Origin: Octopus sinensis
Lineage: Eukaryota
DNA length: 64,000 bases
Direction: 5' to 3'
Assembly: GCF_006345805.1 (NCBI RefSeq)
Contig: NC_043023.1
Coordinates: forward strand, 18,724,001-18,788,000
Under the pieces are notes generated by a model that made no database searches, had not been told where the DNA came from, and worked only from the letters and a program-made list of their open reading frames with translations. Shown in pieces: positions 40,831 through 53,642 of the stretch (position 1 is the stretch's first letter; the number at the start of each line of letters is the position of its first letter). Both the position numbers and the translations under genes were made by a program.

Positions 40831-41101
40831 TCTTCTTCTCAAGCATGACATAATGCCAATGGTCTCAGTCATTGCCTCCGTGAGGCCCAACACTTGAGAG
40901 GAACTCAGCCACTTTGCCTTTGTGAGGCTCAGCACTCAAAAGGTGCTTTTTACATGGCTCCAGCACAGGTCCCGCTTACAGGAGACCAGCATCAGTCACG
41001 ACAACAGTTTCACTTGGCTTGAAGGGTCTTCTCAAGCACAGAATATCGCCAAAGGTCACAGTTACCAGTCATTGCCCCTGTGAGGCTCAAAGTTTGAAGA
41101 T

Positions 41102-41139
<38 letters not shown>

Positions 41140-41144
<5 letters not shown>

Positions 41145-42150
41145 TAATAAGGGTAGAAATTGATATTAATCAATTAAAACCTGTGGCCTAGCATATTAAA
41201 AAAAATCGAATTTTAAAATATTTTTACATGCAAAATTTAAAGGACTGACCACTAAAAGTGGACGGTCAACATGCTAGATATAGACGTCAGAATCGCTATT
41301 TTCCACGAAGAATATGTTCTCAAATAAAAACTCAGCACAAACCAAAGTGTAAAAAATAAGCAAGACAAATGAAAATATACGAAATAAAAATGATTACCCA
41401 TGTACCGATCAGTTTCGACAGACTATGCTGACGAGATTGCAGATTTCCATGTATCCATATGCTTGGATATTAACAATCGAAACTGATCGGTACATAGGTA
41501 ATCGTTATTATTTCGTATATTTTCATTTGTCTTGCTTATTTTTTACACCTTGGTTTGTGCTGAGTTTTTATTTGAGGACACATTCTTCGTGGAAAATAGC
41601 GATTTTGACGTCTATATCTAGCATATAGGCTGTCCACTTTTAGTGGTCAGTCCTTTAAATTTTGTATACTCTTTTACTTGTTTCAGTCATTTGACTGCGG
41701 CCATGCTGGAGCACCGCCTTTAGTCGAGCAAATCAACCCCGGGACTTATTCTTTGTAAGCCCAGTACTTATTCTATCGGTCTCTTATGCCGAACTGCTAA
41801 GTAACGGGGACACAAACACACCAGCATCGGTTGTCAAGCAATGCTAGGGGGACAAGCACAGACACACAAACATACACACACATATATATATATACGACGG
41901 GCTTCTTTCAGTTTCCGTCTACCAAATCCACTCACAAGGCTTTGGTCGGCCCAAGGCTATAGTAGAAGACACTTACCCAAGATACCACGCAGTGGGACTG
42001 AACCCGGAACCATGTGGTTGGTAAACAAGCTACTTACCACACAGCGACTCCTGCGCCTGTAAAAAATATCTTAATCTTCGTTTTTTTTAATATGCTAGGC
42101 CTCTGGTTTTAATTGATTAATATCAATTTCTACCATTATTTAATTTTATA
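41140..42150. mobile_element. Fold-back element with central hammerhead (Penelope-like terminal repeat pair), interrupted by a SINE
   Basis: Left arm 41140-41417 is the reverse complement of right arm 41478-41665 plus 42059-42150. Both ends are flanked by (TA)n. Confidence 0.72.
41423..41497 (+). ncRNA. Type I hammerhead ribozyme motif, second family, extended stem II
   Basis: CTATG-CTGACGA-GATTG..(long loop containing a TATCCA/TGGATA hairpin)..CAATC-GAAA-C-tgatcg-GTA-CATAG. Stem I is 5 bp, stem II is 5 bp with G10.1-C11.1, the stem III loop is palindromic GATC, and cleavage is predicted after 41492. Confidence 0.82.
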
Positions 42151-43331
42151 TATATATATATATTATATAGAGGGCATTATTATACATAAATGCCACATGC
42201 TAGGAGGAACTTTTAAAGTCAAAACTACTAAAATAAATAAACATATCGTACCAAAACGAACCCTGGAAGCAAGTCATTTAAAAACAGAATTATTTTAGTA
42301 GTTTTGACTTTTAGAGTCCCTCCTAGCATGTGGCATTTATGTGTAATAATGCCCTCTATATAATATAAATAAATATACTTAAGTGAAAAAATTGATGGAT
42401 TTTTTCTCTTATGAGGTTTTTCATGCTAACTACTTGATAAATTCTTATGAAGATTTTATCCCATTATTAAATTTTATATATGTATATATACAGGAGTGGC
42501 TGTGTGGTAAGTAGCTTGCTAACCAACCACATGGTTCCGGTTCAGTCCCACTGCGTGGCATCTTGGGCAAGTGTCTTCTGCTATAGCCCCGGGCCGACAA
42601 ATGCCTTGTGAGTAGATTTGGTAGACGGAAACTGAAAGAAGCCTGTCGTATATATGTATATATATATATATATATGTGTGTTTGTCCCCCTAGCATTGCT
42701 TGACAACTGATGCTGGTGTGTTTATGCCCCCGTCACTTAGCGGTTCGGCAAAAGAGACCGATAGAATAAGTACTGGGCTTACAAAAGAATAAGTCCCGAG
42801 GTCAAGTTGCTCGATTAAAGGCGGTGCTCCAGCATGGCCACAGTCAAATGACTGAAACAAGTAAATGAGTAAATATATATATACATGAATATTTGTGTTT
42901 GTTACTGTCTCCTTGTCTTGATATAATAGTTGTCAGCAAATATCATCACTATAGAAGCAGCATCCTTTCTTTCCAATCTTCAATGAAAACATGTCTGGTC
43001 TCGAGAAGGGGTTAGTGGCAGGAAGGGCATCCAGTTATAGAAAATCTGTCCCAATAAATCCAGCCCAAACTATGAAAGTATGAGAAAACGAATGTTAAAT
43101 AATGATGATGATGATGATGCTGATGTTAAAACTTATAATGTTTATATTGCCATTATGTGTTTACCTTTTCTACCCTGTTCTACGCAATTCTGTTCTTTTC
43201 CACAGTAAGTAACCCAGCAATTCCAGAGACTGTCATTTAATTTGGAACCTTCGTTTCTTGGAAACATTTGCTTCTCTTGGAAAACTATTGACACAAGAAA
43301 TCACAACAGCTTTCAATTCTAGAACTTCAAA

Positions 43332-43400
43332 ATGCTGATACGCACATTTGCCAAAAATTTGCGACAACCACAAAAAACCATTGTTGGAAGACTTGCTAAG
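43332..43400 (+). CDS. MTase paralogue 1, coding exon 1 (MLIRTFAKNLRQPQKTIVGRLAK)
   Basis: ATG at 43332; donor AAG|GTTTGT at 43401; upstream acceptor ttttccacag near 43205. Nearly identical to 55212-55280. Confidence 0.82.
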
Positions 43401-44306
43401 GTTTGTATTATTATTATTATTATTATTGTTATTATCATTGAGTGAGAGAGCAGTTCATGCCATCAAAGTGACACTGGGGTAAAATATATGAAGCCCAATA
43501 TACCCATCATGACTACCCTTCTGATAAGGGTACACTAGGCACATGCATCACAACCATATGTGCGCGACATGGTGATCTCATATCAAGATAAACAGCACAT
43601 GACCTTGCAGGTGGGGCCCAGTTAGAATTTTCTTCAGGTTGAGTAGCCGATCCCGCTCAAACGGTCCCTGAATAAGGGTTGTTTAAGGATGTTGAAAGAA
43701 CCACCCTTGTTTCCAGAGGTGAACTATTCAAACCCCAAAGAATCCCTCTAAACACATGGCTATGATGCTCCCCCACTACTTCTGCTCGTGATCAGAGATG
43801 CACATATCGTCAGCCACTAAGGGACATGCTCAACTGGTTATGGTCAAACAACTGACAAGCAAATCTGTGGTATTGAGCAGAATATTTGCTGTAGCCCATC
43901 TTTTATACCAAGACAAAACAATGTACATGATAACACTTGCAATCAGTTAAGATCAGAAGCCATGAGAGCCACTGCCTGGTACTGCATCAGAGCATTATTA
44001 TTATTATTATTATTATTTATATTATTGTACTTATTATTATTATTATTTATAATATTATATTTATTATTATTATTATTATTATTGTTGTTATTGTTATTAT
44101 CATTATTATTATTTATATTATTATATTTATTATTATTATTATTATTATTTTCATTATCATTATTATTATTTATATTATATTTATTATTATTATTATTATT
44201 TTCATTATTATTATTATTATTTATATTATTATTATTATTACTTATATTATTACATTTATTATTATTATTATTATTATTTTCATTATTATTATTATTATTA
44301 TTATTA

Positions 44307-44338
<32 letters not shown>

Positions 44339-45718
44339 GAAGACAGAGAGTTGACAGATTGTTACAACAGTGAACAAACTGCTTAGTGGCATTTCTTCTG
44401 GCCCTTTACATTCTGAGTTCAAATTCTGCCAATGTCAACCAAGCTTTTCATCCATTTGGGGTTTATAAAAGAAATACCAGTAGAGCACTGGGGGTTGTTG
44501 TAATTGACAAACCCCTTCTCCAAAATTTCACTCAATGTTTGCCTCTCATCTCTTTAGGGTCTATAAAATTATCTGTTTAATGGACTGATGGACTGAAAAC
44601 AGGACCTGCCAAAAAGACAAATGAACCTAGTGTAGGTTCAGCGACTATGTAGGAATAACATGGGCCCTCAGAAATTCTGGGTATTCGTTCGACATGCTGC
44701 AAGACCACAGGGAGTGAGGGACCGTTTAACCCTTTTTCAAGCATGTCACTAGAATTCCTTTCAAACCCAGATGACATCTGCTCTGATAAGTGACGGTGAC
44801 TTGGCTAGTGAATCATCTGCAAGGGACCACATTATCCCAAAGTGTGCATGCATGGAACCAAGGGGCCACATGTGAACTTGTATTTCCACTGCAAATGACA
44901 AGTATGGTTTACAAGGCCTTTGTTATCTGACATGCTTGCTCTCCCGGTGGGGGCATTTGTCAAATTTCCTTGGATGTGGTCAGTATTGGTGAGAGATGTG
45001 TTGTGTTGACCTCATTGGTTGGGGCGAGCTCAACCAACTCCAGGTGAGTACCTTTGCAAGTACAAGTAAGTAAGAATCTGACATTATTAATTTCTGAATA
45101 TTTTTCAGTATTTTCTCATAAAAAGGAGTAGAGGAATAGAGATCGCTGCAGTTGAACATTGTAACATTAAACCTGATTATAATGTCCTTGAAGTTGGTTT
45201 TGGCCCTGGCTTGGGCCTAGAAGCAGCCTATCAGAAGATCAAAGGTAATTCAGATCAAAAACTGTTGTATTAACCCTTTCGTTACCAACCCAGCCAAAAC
45301 TGTCTCTGGCTCTGTAGTACAAATGCCTTGTTTTCTTAAGTTTTGAATTAAAATCTTCCACCAAACCTTAGTCACAATTTATGTTCCTAACACTAGCTTA
45401 ATGGTAACTAAGTTATTTTACTAAGTTTTTCGTTATATTTAAAATAATTGAAAGAAACACAAAGCATCTCAAAATAAATACGGTAATAAAAGGGTTAAGG
45501 TGTTGATGGTTGAATAGTTGGAAAGTTTGCTTCCCAACCACATGGTTTCAGGTTCAGTCCCAGTGTTTGGCACTTATATACATGTGTCTTCTGCTATAAC
45601 CCTGAGAGTGGATTTTGTAGATGGAAACTGGAAGAAGCTTGTCCACCATCATCATACACCACTATCACTACCATCACAGTTTTGACATCTACTATATATA
45701 TATGTAAATACTTATGTG

Positions 45719-45767
<49 letters not shown>

Positions 45768-47906
45768 TTTTATTAAAGCTGCAAAAGCCTCACAAAGCTG
45801 TTACTCAGAGTTTCACGTTTCCATTCTTCAGAGAGTTGGGTTAAGATTAGATCACAAGTGTCCGACAAACGGAAGCGTGAAGCTCTGACTAACCGTTTTG
45901 TGATGTTTTTGCTGCTTTCACCAAAAGCACTTTACTCTGCCTCCAGTGTTCAATTACTGTTTTTTTCCACCTTGTTTTGCATTAATTTACTTACCTGTGT
46001 TTGTATATCATCATCATCATCATCATTATCATTGTTTAATGTCTGTTTTCCAAGCTGGCATGGGTTGAACGGTTTGACTGAGGTCTGGAGAGCCAGTGGC
46101 TGCACCAGGCTCGAATCTGATCTGGCAATGTTTCTACAGCTGGATGTAGAAATGCCAACCACTTCGACGGTATAGTGGGTGCTTTTTACATGCCACTTGC
46201 ACAGGAGCCAGCCAGGTGGGCCTGGCATCGATCATGTTTTGATAGTGCCTTTTACGTGCTGCCAGCACAGGAGTCAGCCTGGTGAACCTAGCATCGATCA
46301 CGTTTGGATAGTGCCTTTTATGTGCCACTAGCACAGGGGCCAGCCAGGTGGACCTAGCATCAACCACGCCCAGATGGTCATTTTTACATTCCACCAGCAC
46401 AACTGCCAGTCAGTGGAGCACTGACCACAGCTATGATATTGGTTTTACTTGACTCAACAGGTCTTCTCAAGCATATCATATCACACGACACATCAGGGGT
46501 ACTCTTAACTGGGCCAGACAAGGACAGAATGCACCAGCAGGAAGGTCACAACTTCACGACTGTGAGCCAAATACGCTAATCCCTTAAGCCCTGAGCCTTC
46601 ACATAAGATCTGCGCTACATTTATATTACGTAGTTGTATGTCTATGTGTGTGTGCACATACTCTTTTGCTCTTTTACTCTTTTACTTGTTTCAGTCATTT
46701 GACTGTGGCCATGCTGGAGCACTGCCTTCAGTCGAGCATATCGACCCCGGGACTTATTCTTTGTAAGACCAGTACTTATTCTATCGGTCTCTTTTGCCGA
46801 ACCGCTAAGTGACGGGGACGTAAACACACTAGCATCGGTTGTCAAGAAATGCTAGGGGGACAAACATAGACACGCAAACATACATACACACACATATATA
46901 TATACATATATACGACAAGCTTCTTTCAGTTTCCGTCTACCAAATCCACTCACAAGGCATTGGTCGGCCCGAGGCTATAGCAGAAGACACTTGCCCAAGA
47001 TGCCACGCAGTGGGACTGAACCCGGAACCATGTGACTGGTAAGCAAGCTACTTACCACACAGCCACTCCTAGTCTCAGGCATTAGTCTGTGGCCATGCTG
47101 GAGCACCGTCTTGAATAGTTTTACTTGAACAAATCAACCCCAGTACTATTTGGTTTTGTTTTTTGAAGCTTTGTACTTATTCTATCAAACTGTTTTGGCA
47201 AACCACTAAGTTACAGGGATGTAAACACACCAGCACCGGTTGTCAAGTGGTGGTGGGGGACTAACACAGACACAAACACACACGCACACTTAGATATACA
47301 TGGATATATACGAAGGCTTCTTTCAGTTTCCATCGAGCAAATCCACGCACAAATCTTTGGTCAGCCCAAGGCTCTCCTAGACTGAACCCAGAACCATATG
47401 GTTCGGAAGCAAGCTTCTTACCAATCAGCCATAACGTATGTGCTCATATATTTTCTTCTTTCAATTTAGGTGGCAAAGGGAAATTACTTGGCCTCGACTT
47501 ATCGCCTTATATGCTGGAAATAGCAACTAAACGACTGAGTGAAGGCATCAGCAATAAACAAGTGGAACTGCATCTTGGAAGTGTTATGGAAATGCCATTT
47601 GAAACAAATTCCTTTGATCGGATCTTTCACTGCAATTGTTTTTATTTTTGGCCTGATTTTGACAAATGTGTCCAAGAGCTGTATCGTTGTTTAAAGCCAA
47701 ACTCATTAATGATAACGACAATTAATTATGAAAAGATAAAATCTTCAAAAAAAATTGGTATACTGAGATATGGCAATATTGATGTGGAACATTATGTGAA
47801 TGTTCTTAGCAGGAATAAATTCGAAATTGTAAACATGAAGACTCACAAGAATGAAAGCAAAGAATATCAGGTTATTTCAGCTTTCACAGGATCAAAAGAA
47901 CAATAA
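43332..47906 (+). CDS. Class I SAM-dependent methyltransferase, paralogue 1 (YdaC-like small MTase), 213 aa, three coding exons
   Basis: Exons 43332-43400, 45109-45244 and 47470-47906 have GT-AG introns (phase 0, then phase 1) and splice into an open 642-nt frame. Motif I is VLEVGFGPG, the acidic post-beta2 motif is GLDLS, motif II is FDRIF, followed by HCNCFYFWPD. The family assignment is from my recollection of similar animal proteins, not a search. Confidence 0.88.
43438..43985. mobile_element. ~550-bp non-coding interspersed element embedded in (ATT)n
   Basis: Complex sequence with abrupt (ATT)n boundaries; absent from the corresponding intron of paralogue 2, so it is an insertion. Confidence 0.6.
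43986..44340. repeat. (ATT)n microsatellite
   Basis: Direct inspection; further (ATT)n tracts at 55287-55345, 55690-55790, 57410-57667 and 58530-59190. Confidence 0.95.
45109..45244 (+). CDS. MTase paralogue 1, coding exon 2 (motif I)
   Basis: tttttcag|TAT...AAAG|gtaatt; translates YFLIKRSRGIEIAAVEHCNIKPDYNVLEVGFGPGLGLEAAYQKIK. Confidence 0.88.
45274..45494. mobile_element. piggyBac-type MITE in MTase intron 2 (shared with paralogue 2 at 60786-61006)
   Basis: TTAA|CCCTTT...AAAGGG|TTAA. Other copies lie at 15104-15662 (three internal tandem units), 19827-20044 and 20128-20337. Confidence 0.85.
47470..47906 (+). CDS. MTase paralogue 1, coding exon 3
   Basis: ttcaatttag|GT GGC AAA; contains the listed ORF 47511-47906; stop at 47906. 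Confidence 0.9.
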
Positions 47907-49414
47907 TTTAGTATCTAATTGATGTAAAGCATGAATTGAAGATGAGGGGCTTAAGTATGAAAAAAGTGGCCAGAACACAGTAGCTTTCTTGTCAGAGGGG
48001 CAGCATGGCTATTCACATTTATAAGAGAGGATGGGCGTGATCGGATTGAGTTGGAGAAAGATAAAAGTGTTGATGCGGTGTCAGAGTTGATCTTCAAGGT
48101 ACAATGTGGGTAAAATGAGTGGGTGCCATTTCTTATTGGAGCAATGAATGATTATATAATGTCCTTACAGTGGTTCAGTAAAGCCTTAAAATGCTGCCAA
48201 ATCAGATGAGTTTATGTAGCAAATCAGGCAGACTACCTCGTCAAAAGTCCAGGCAAGTAGGCAGCAAGAAATTAATCAAATGACAGGATATTATTATCCA
48301 CTGGTGAAATGTTTATGGCTGACACAAATATAAGCCAAGGAATTTTCAGAAGAGACCATGTGTTATTTTTTATACAAACATGTTGAAGCTTATCGTTTTT
48401 GAAATGTTTCTTTTATGATGCAATAAATAATTAAATTTTTCAGAACCCAAACTAGTTTGTTCATCTTTCATATGACAGGAACAATCTCTTCTGTCTTGCT
48501 ATTATTGCCAGAAATTCACTTCTGGGAAGACTATTGATGTCTGGGTTAACTGGGGTTGGCAACTGATTGTAACAGTTTTGGTTCCAGAGATTAAAATATT
48601 TCTACATTAGAAATATCTAGAATCAAAACCTTTTGAAACAAGGAAATATTCCATCAGGACTTCATGCAATTAGCATAAAAAAATTAAATATCTGTTAGTA
48701 AAACTGAAAGAAATAAATGAAATGAGAAGTCATTGGTTAGTATGGTTTGGCATTCTTGCACACAAACACAATGACACAAATAGCCTCTCTCACACACACA
48801 CACACATATATGTGAACATTCACCACAACAAACACACAAGTATACACACATGGATACATACACAAACATGAAAACATTTAGCAATGCCTAGCAACAGAGG
48901 AACAAAACTGACTTTTGAGAAAAACCACACCTGAATACGACATTGTGTATCTGTTTAGATCATCTCTTGAGATTTCCGGTAGAAATTACAGCCAGCACTA
49001 ATTTTGTTAGGGAGTTTTGTAGCCCAGGTATACCTAATCTATAGAAAATCTATAGAGATAAGCTTAACAAGACATTTAATAGCACTGATAACACAGAATT
49101 GAATTTATTATCCTTTATAGACATTTAATATACTTTGTAATTGCATAAAGAAATACAGTGTCCCTACAAGTCATTGATGCATATCTGGAATAAGTTATTT
49201 TGCATGTGAGGGTTTAAGCTTGCTGCTCATTGATAACATTTCTTGATGACTACACAGGAAAGTATCATTACTCATAGAATTACTGGTTAAAACAACACTG
49301 AAACATTGATCTGACCAACAAACATTTAGCTGTACATTTGCTGCATACAATTTACCATGACCTGTCTTTTGACATCATCAATGTTATTGCTGTTCTCTAT
49401 GGCCTCTCTGCAGT

Positions 49415-50170
49415 ATGAATATGGCTGGTGTATAGTTAGGTGTTTACTTTGCAGGAATAATGTACCACAGATGTGACAGCGTTGTGGTTTCTCTCCTGTA
49501 TGAATGTGTTTGTGAAAAATTAACTGATTATAACAAAGATTTACCACATAACAAAAGAGCTATGGCTTTTCTCTCGTATGAGATTTTTGTGTATAGCTAA
49601 GTGATATTTTTGAGAAAATGATTTATTACAGATGTCTCAGCAATATGGCTTTTCTGCTATGTGAATATGTTTGGGATCGACTGAGGTACCACTGACAGGG
49701 AATGATCTGTCACAGATATCACAATAATATGACTTCTCTCCTGTATGAATACGTTTGTGAATACTGAGGCTGCTATTTGAGAGAATGATTTTTCACAAAT
49801 ATCACGATGATATGGCTTTTCTCCTGTACAAATACGTTTGTGAGTGATTAAGGTACTATTTACAGAGAATGATTTACCACAGATATCACAGTGATACGGC
49901 TTTTCTCCAGTATGAATATGTTTAGGGTCATTGAGGATACTTATATAAGAAAGTAATTTAGCACAAATATCACAATAATATGATTTCTCTCCTGTATGAA
50001 TACGTTTGTGAATACTGAGGCTGCTATTTGAGAGAATGATTTTTCACAGATATCAAAGTGATACAGCTTTTCTCCATTATGAATATGTTTATGGTCGTCA
50101 AAGATACTTATTCAAGAAAGTAATTTAGCACAAATATCACAATGATATGGTTTCTCTCTTGTATGAATAA
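49415..50170 (-). pseudogene. Decayed C2H2 zinc-finger array (about nine fingers), 5' part missing
   Basis: The minus strand gives [18 protein letters not shown]...HKHIHNGE and [15 protein letters not shown] with many stops and frameshifts. An internal ~250-bp (three-finger) duplication is visible at 49741 and 49992. The array abuts a Helitron at about 50171. Confidence 0.85.
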
Positions 50171-51210
50171 ACTTAAGTTTGTGTACTTATAACTCGAGTA
50201 TTGTTCATCCGATCGTGCTGAAATTTTAAACATTTCCAAAACCGATTTACAGATTTTTGACAAATGGGATATCATAAGATTCAGTACTATTTTGGCTACG
50301 GGGAGGATTGTAGAAAACCGAAAGCGAGAGCCTGAAGAGAGAAGCTAGATGAAATTTTCTCAACATCAGCAAAAGCATGTTGCAGCACATAATGCTGGAT
50401 CATTAAATCAATGTTTTAATGATTAGACAGAGGTGCAATAGAATAGCTCTCAGAAACAGACTACGTACAAATTCGTTCTTCACAACTTCTGAAGCTGTTT
50501 CCAGATATGATCCATCCCATTCTTATAAAAATAATAACTCTATCCAAATTGGTGTGCTAAACACAAATTGTCTTTTCTGTAAGGTTTTAAAATTTTCAAA
50601 TGAAATAAATGGTATGTGCTACTCAGGTGGTCAGGTAACATTGCCAGCACTATCAGCTCCTTCTCAACCTCTTATGGATCTTCTGAGAAGGCATTTCCAT
50701 CCAGTCAAAGGATTTTCTGAACAATATCAGGCAATACAACTCTGCAAATGCCATCGTTTGGTACATCTAAGAAGATAGATAAATATGAATTTACAACAAC
50801 GTCAAAGTTCAAGGGCAAGTCCATCACCTCATTGGTTCCCTGTTACCCACAAATGACCAACCACAGTTGCTCCAAATTTACTTTATGAGTGATGTAGGAT
50901 AACAAACCCGAAGGAGGTGTCAACATTTCAGATGATGGGCCGTATTAGACAGAGCCGACGGCTGCAAAAGAGAATATATCCACTGACAGTTTCTCGGTGC
51001 GTTCAAAAATCAGGTAAACCCCAACAGGTTAGGGCCTGAAATACTTGAAACGGATGCATGTTGCTCAGTCGAATTAGCCCCTCATTTACTTCACAAATGT
51101 TTTGTTGTCGATGCGGCACTTTCCTATATAACCTGTTTCAACATAAATATATTAAATTATATACAAACTATGCCAATTTAATCCTGTGCAACGCCGGGTG
51201 TCTCTGCTAA
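50171..51210 (+). mobile_element. Internally deleted autonomous-type Helitron with decayed Rep N-terminal coding sequence
   Basis: IGVLNTNCLFCKVLKFSNEINGMCYSGGQVTLPALSAP..., then KVQGQVHHLIGSLLP...QLLQIYF in a shifted frame, typical of the Helitron N-terminal region. The 3' end is cctgtgcaacgccggg...CTAA|T at 51210. Confidence 0.82.
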
Positions 51211-51333
51211 TATATGTATATATATATATATATATAATGGGAAGCTTTATGAAAATAAACAAAAGACGAAGGCAGGCGGAATACAAACAAACAATTGTAT
51301 TAGTATGGCGCTCAGGAATATATATAAAACAAG

Positions 51334-51371
51334 TCTTTTACGTTTCGAGCCTACGCTCTTCAACAGAAAGA
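51334..51371 (-). ncRNA. Hammerhead-like motif, third family, with A6-to-U core variant
   Basis: The reverse complement reads tcttt-CTGTTGA-A-GAGC-gtag-GCTC-GAAA-CGTA-aaaga. Stems I and II pair, and stem III is reduced to palindromic ACGT. The core deviates from CUGANGA. Confidence 0.55.
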
Positions 51372-51440
51372 TACACAGAGAAGAACAAGAGAAAAAAATG
51401 CGTGCAGAGGCTAACGAATCAACATGGCGATATATACACA

Positions 51441-51536
<96 letters not shown>

Positions 51537-51584
51537 TATATATATATATCAGGATATATAGATATATATGTATATATATAATAC

Positions 51585-51645
<61 letters not shown>

Positions 51646-52035
51646 GTATATATATATTATATATATATATAATATATATATATATACATATATATATAAT
51701 ATATATATATACATAAATATATATACATACATATATATATATATATATACTTTATTTATAAGCAGCAGAAATTCAACAAAACCTGTTACTCGGAGTATCA
51801 CGTCCCCGTGCATCGGTACCACCACCACCACCACCATGACTGAACATGATCACTACAATCACTATGTCTACCAGCATGATTGCTATTGTCACCATGACAC
51901 CGACGAATGGGAACTTGAACTCCGAGTAACAGGTTTTGTTAAATGTCTGCTGCTTTTGAATAAAGCATATTACTCTACCACTGGTGTTTGAGTACTCTTT
52001 TTCCCACCTTGTTTCACATTTATGTGTTTACTCCA

Positions 52036-52068
<33 letters not shown>

Positions 52069-52716
52069 ATAATTCTCTAAATGAGATATAGACAGTAACT
52101 GCTCCATAACATAAGGGACTAAAGCCATCTGAATATGGCTAGGGACAGGGCAGGGTGGTGGGGGTGTTACTGTTGCATTTAGCCCCAGGTTTCCGCTTCA
52201 TCGGGGAATTATCTCCCTTTGCAGGATAGAGGACGCCGTGATGGTGTCAAGCCTATCTGTCGACGTTGATGTTCGCCTGGGGCTAAATGCAACAGTAACA
52301 CCCCCACCAACCTGCCCTGTCCCTAGCCATATTCAGATGGCTTTAGTCCCTTATGTTATGGAGCAGTTACTGTCTATATCTCATTTAGAGAATTATTATT
52401 GCTGTCGAACAGATTTTCGAAATCAGCAAATGTATTTTGCTTGAAAATCTATATATAAATATCCTGCAGAGTGAGTTTTTCGTCGAGGAAGCGGTGCCTA
52501 CCACACGTTGATAATAGGCAATACACCTTGAAACCTAGGTCCGTGTGTGGTTTCCGCTTCATCGGGGAATTATCTCCCTTTGCAGGATAGAGGACGCCGT
52601 GATGGTGTCAAGCCTATCTGGCGACGTTGATGTTCGCCTGGGGCTAAATGCAACAGTAACACCCCCACCACCCTGCCCTGTCCCTAGCCATATTCAGATG
52701 GCTTTAGTCCCTTATG

Positions 52717-52752
52717 ACATATATATATATATATACATGTATATATATATAC

Positions 52753-52789
<37 letters not shown>

Positions 52790-52967
52790 TATATACACAC
52801 ATACTATATATATATACATATATATTTATACATATATATACATATATACATATATATATACAAATATATACATATATATATACAAATATATACATATATA
52901 TATATATACGCATATATATATATACATACATATATATATCTAAACATATATATATATATATACATAC

Positions 52968-52998
<31 letters not shown>

Positions 52999-53024
52999 CA
53001 TATATACATACATATATACATATA

Positions 53025-53058
<34 letters not shown>

Positions 53059-53151
53059 TACATACATATATATATAGATACATATATATATACGTACATA
53101 TATTATTCATACATATATATATATACATATATATATATATACATATATATA

Positions 53152-53184
<33 letters not shown>

Positions 53185-53195
53185 TATATATATAT

Positions 53196-53251
<56 letters not shown>

Positions 53252-53260
53252 TATATACAC
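52717..53260. repeat. (TA)n/(TACA)n microsatellite
   Basis: Direct inspection; also 51430-51750, 53495-53585 and 4745-4930. Confidence 0.95.
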
Positions 53261-53547
53261 TAATAAAAAGGGTAAAATTAATTAATTATTAATTAATAAT
53301 TTTACCAAGCAGTGTTCAGTATGTAAAAAGACCATTTACGGTATATTTAAAACATTCAGCAAAAAAATTCAGCAAAAAAATTTACTTTGCCACACACCGA
53401 ACTTTTAGTATACATTGTCTGGGAGACTCTTCTCATAGTAGAGGATATTGCTAAACTTGGTGTGTGGCAAAGTAAATTTATTTGCTGAACCCTAATTATA
53501 TATATATATATTATATATATATATATATTATATATATATATTATATA

Positions 53548-53587
<40 letters not shown>

Positions 53588-53592
53588 GAAGG

Positions 53593-53642
53593 AGCTTCTA
53601 CAGGACTAGAACTGTTTCATTCAAAGAAATCATCAGGAAGCT
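53593..53642 (-). ncRNA. Type I hammerhead ribozyme motif, back-to-back with 53639-53689
   Basis: The reverse complement reads agcttc-CTGATGA-tttctttgaat-GAAA-cagttctagtcctGTA-gaagct; it shares the central AGCT with the + strand copy. Confidence 0.82.

Noticed and set aside
43735-43830. CTGACGA ... GAAAC on the minus strand of the 550-bp element
   Set aside because: Stems I, II and III do not pair convincingly; not called a hammerhead.
43937-44422. Poly-I, poly-N, poly-L and poly-Y ORFs (also 55516-55911, 57315-57672, 58515-59343)
   Set aside because: Translations of (ATT)n tracts.
45000-45052. Donor-like CTCCAG|GTGAGT conserved in both MTase introns (also about 60555)
   Set aside because: No matching acceptor or open frame was found; the three-exon model is complete without it. 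An alternative exon cannot be excluded.
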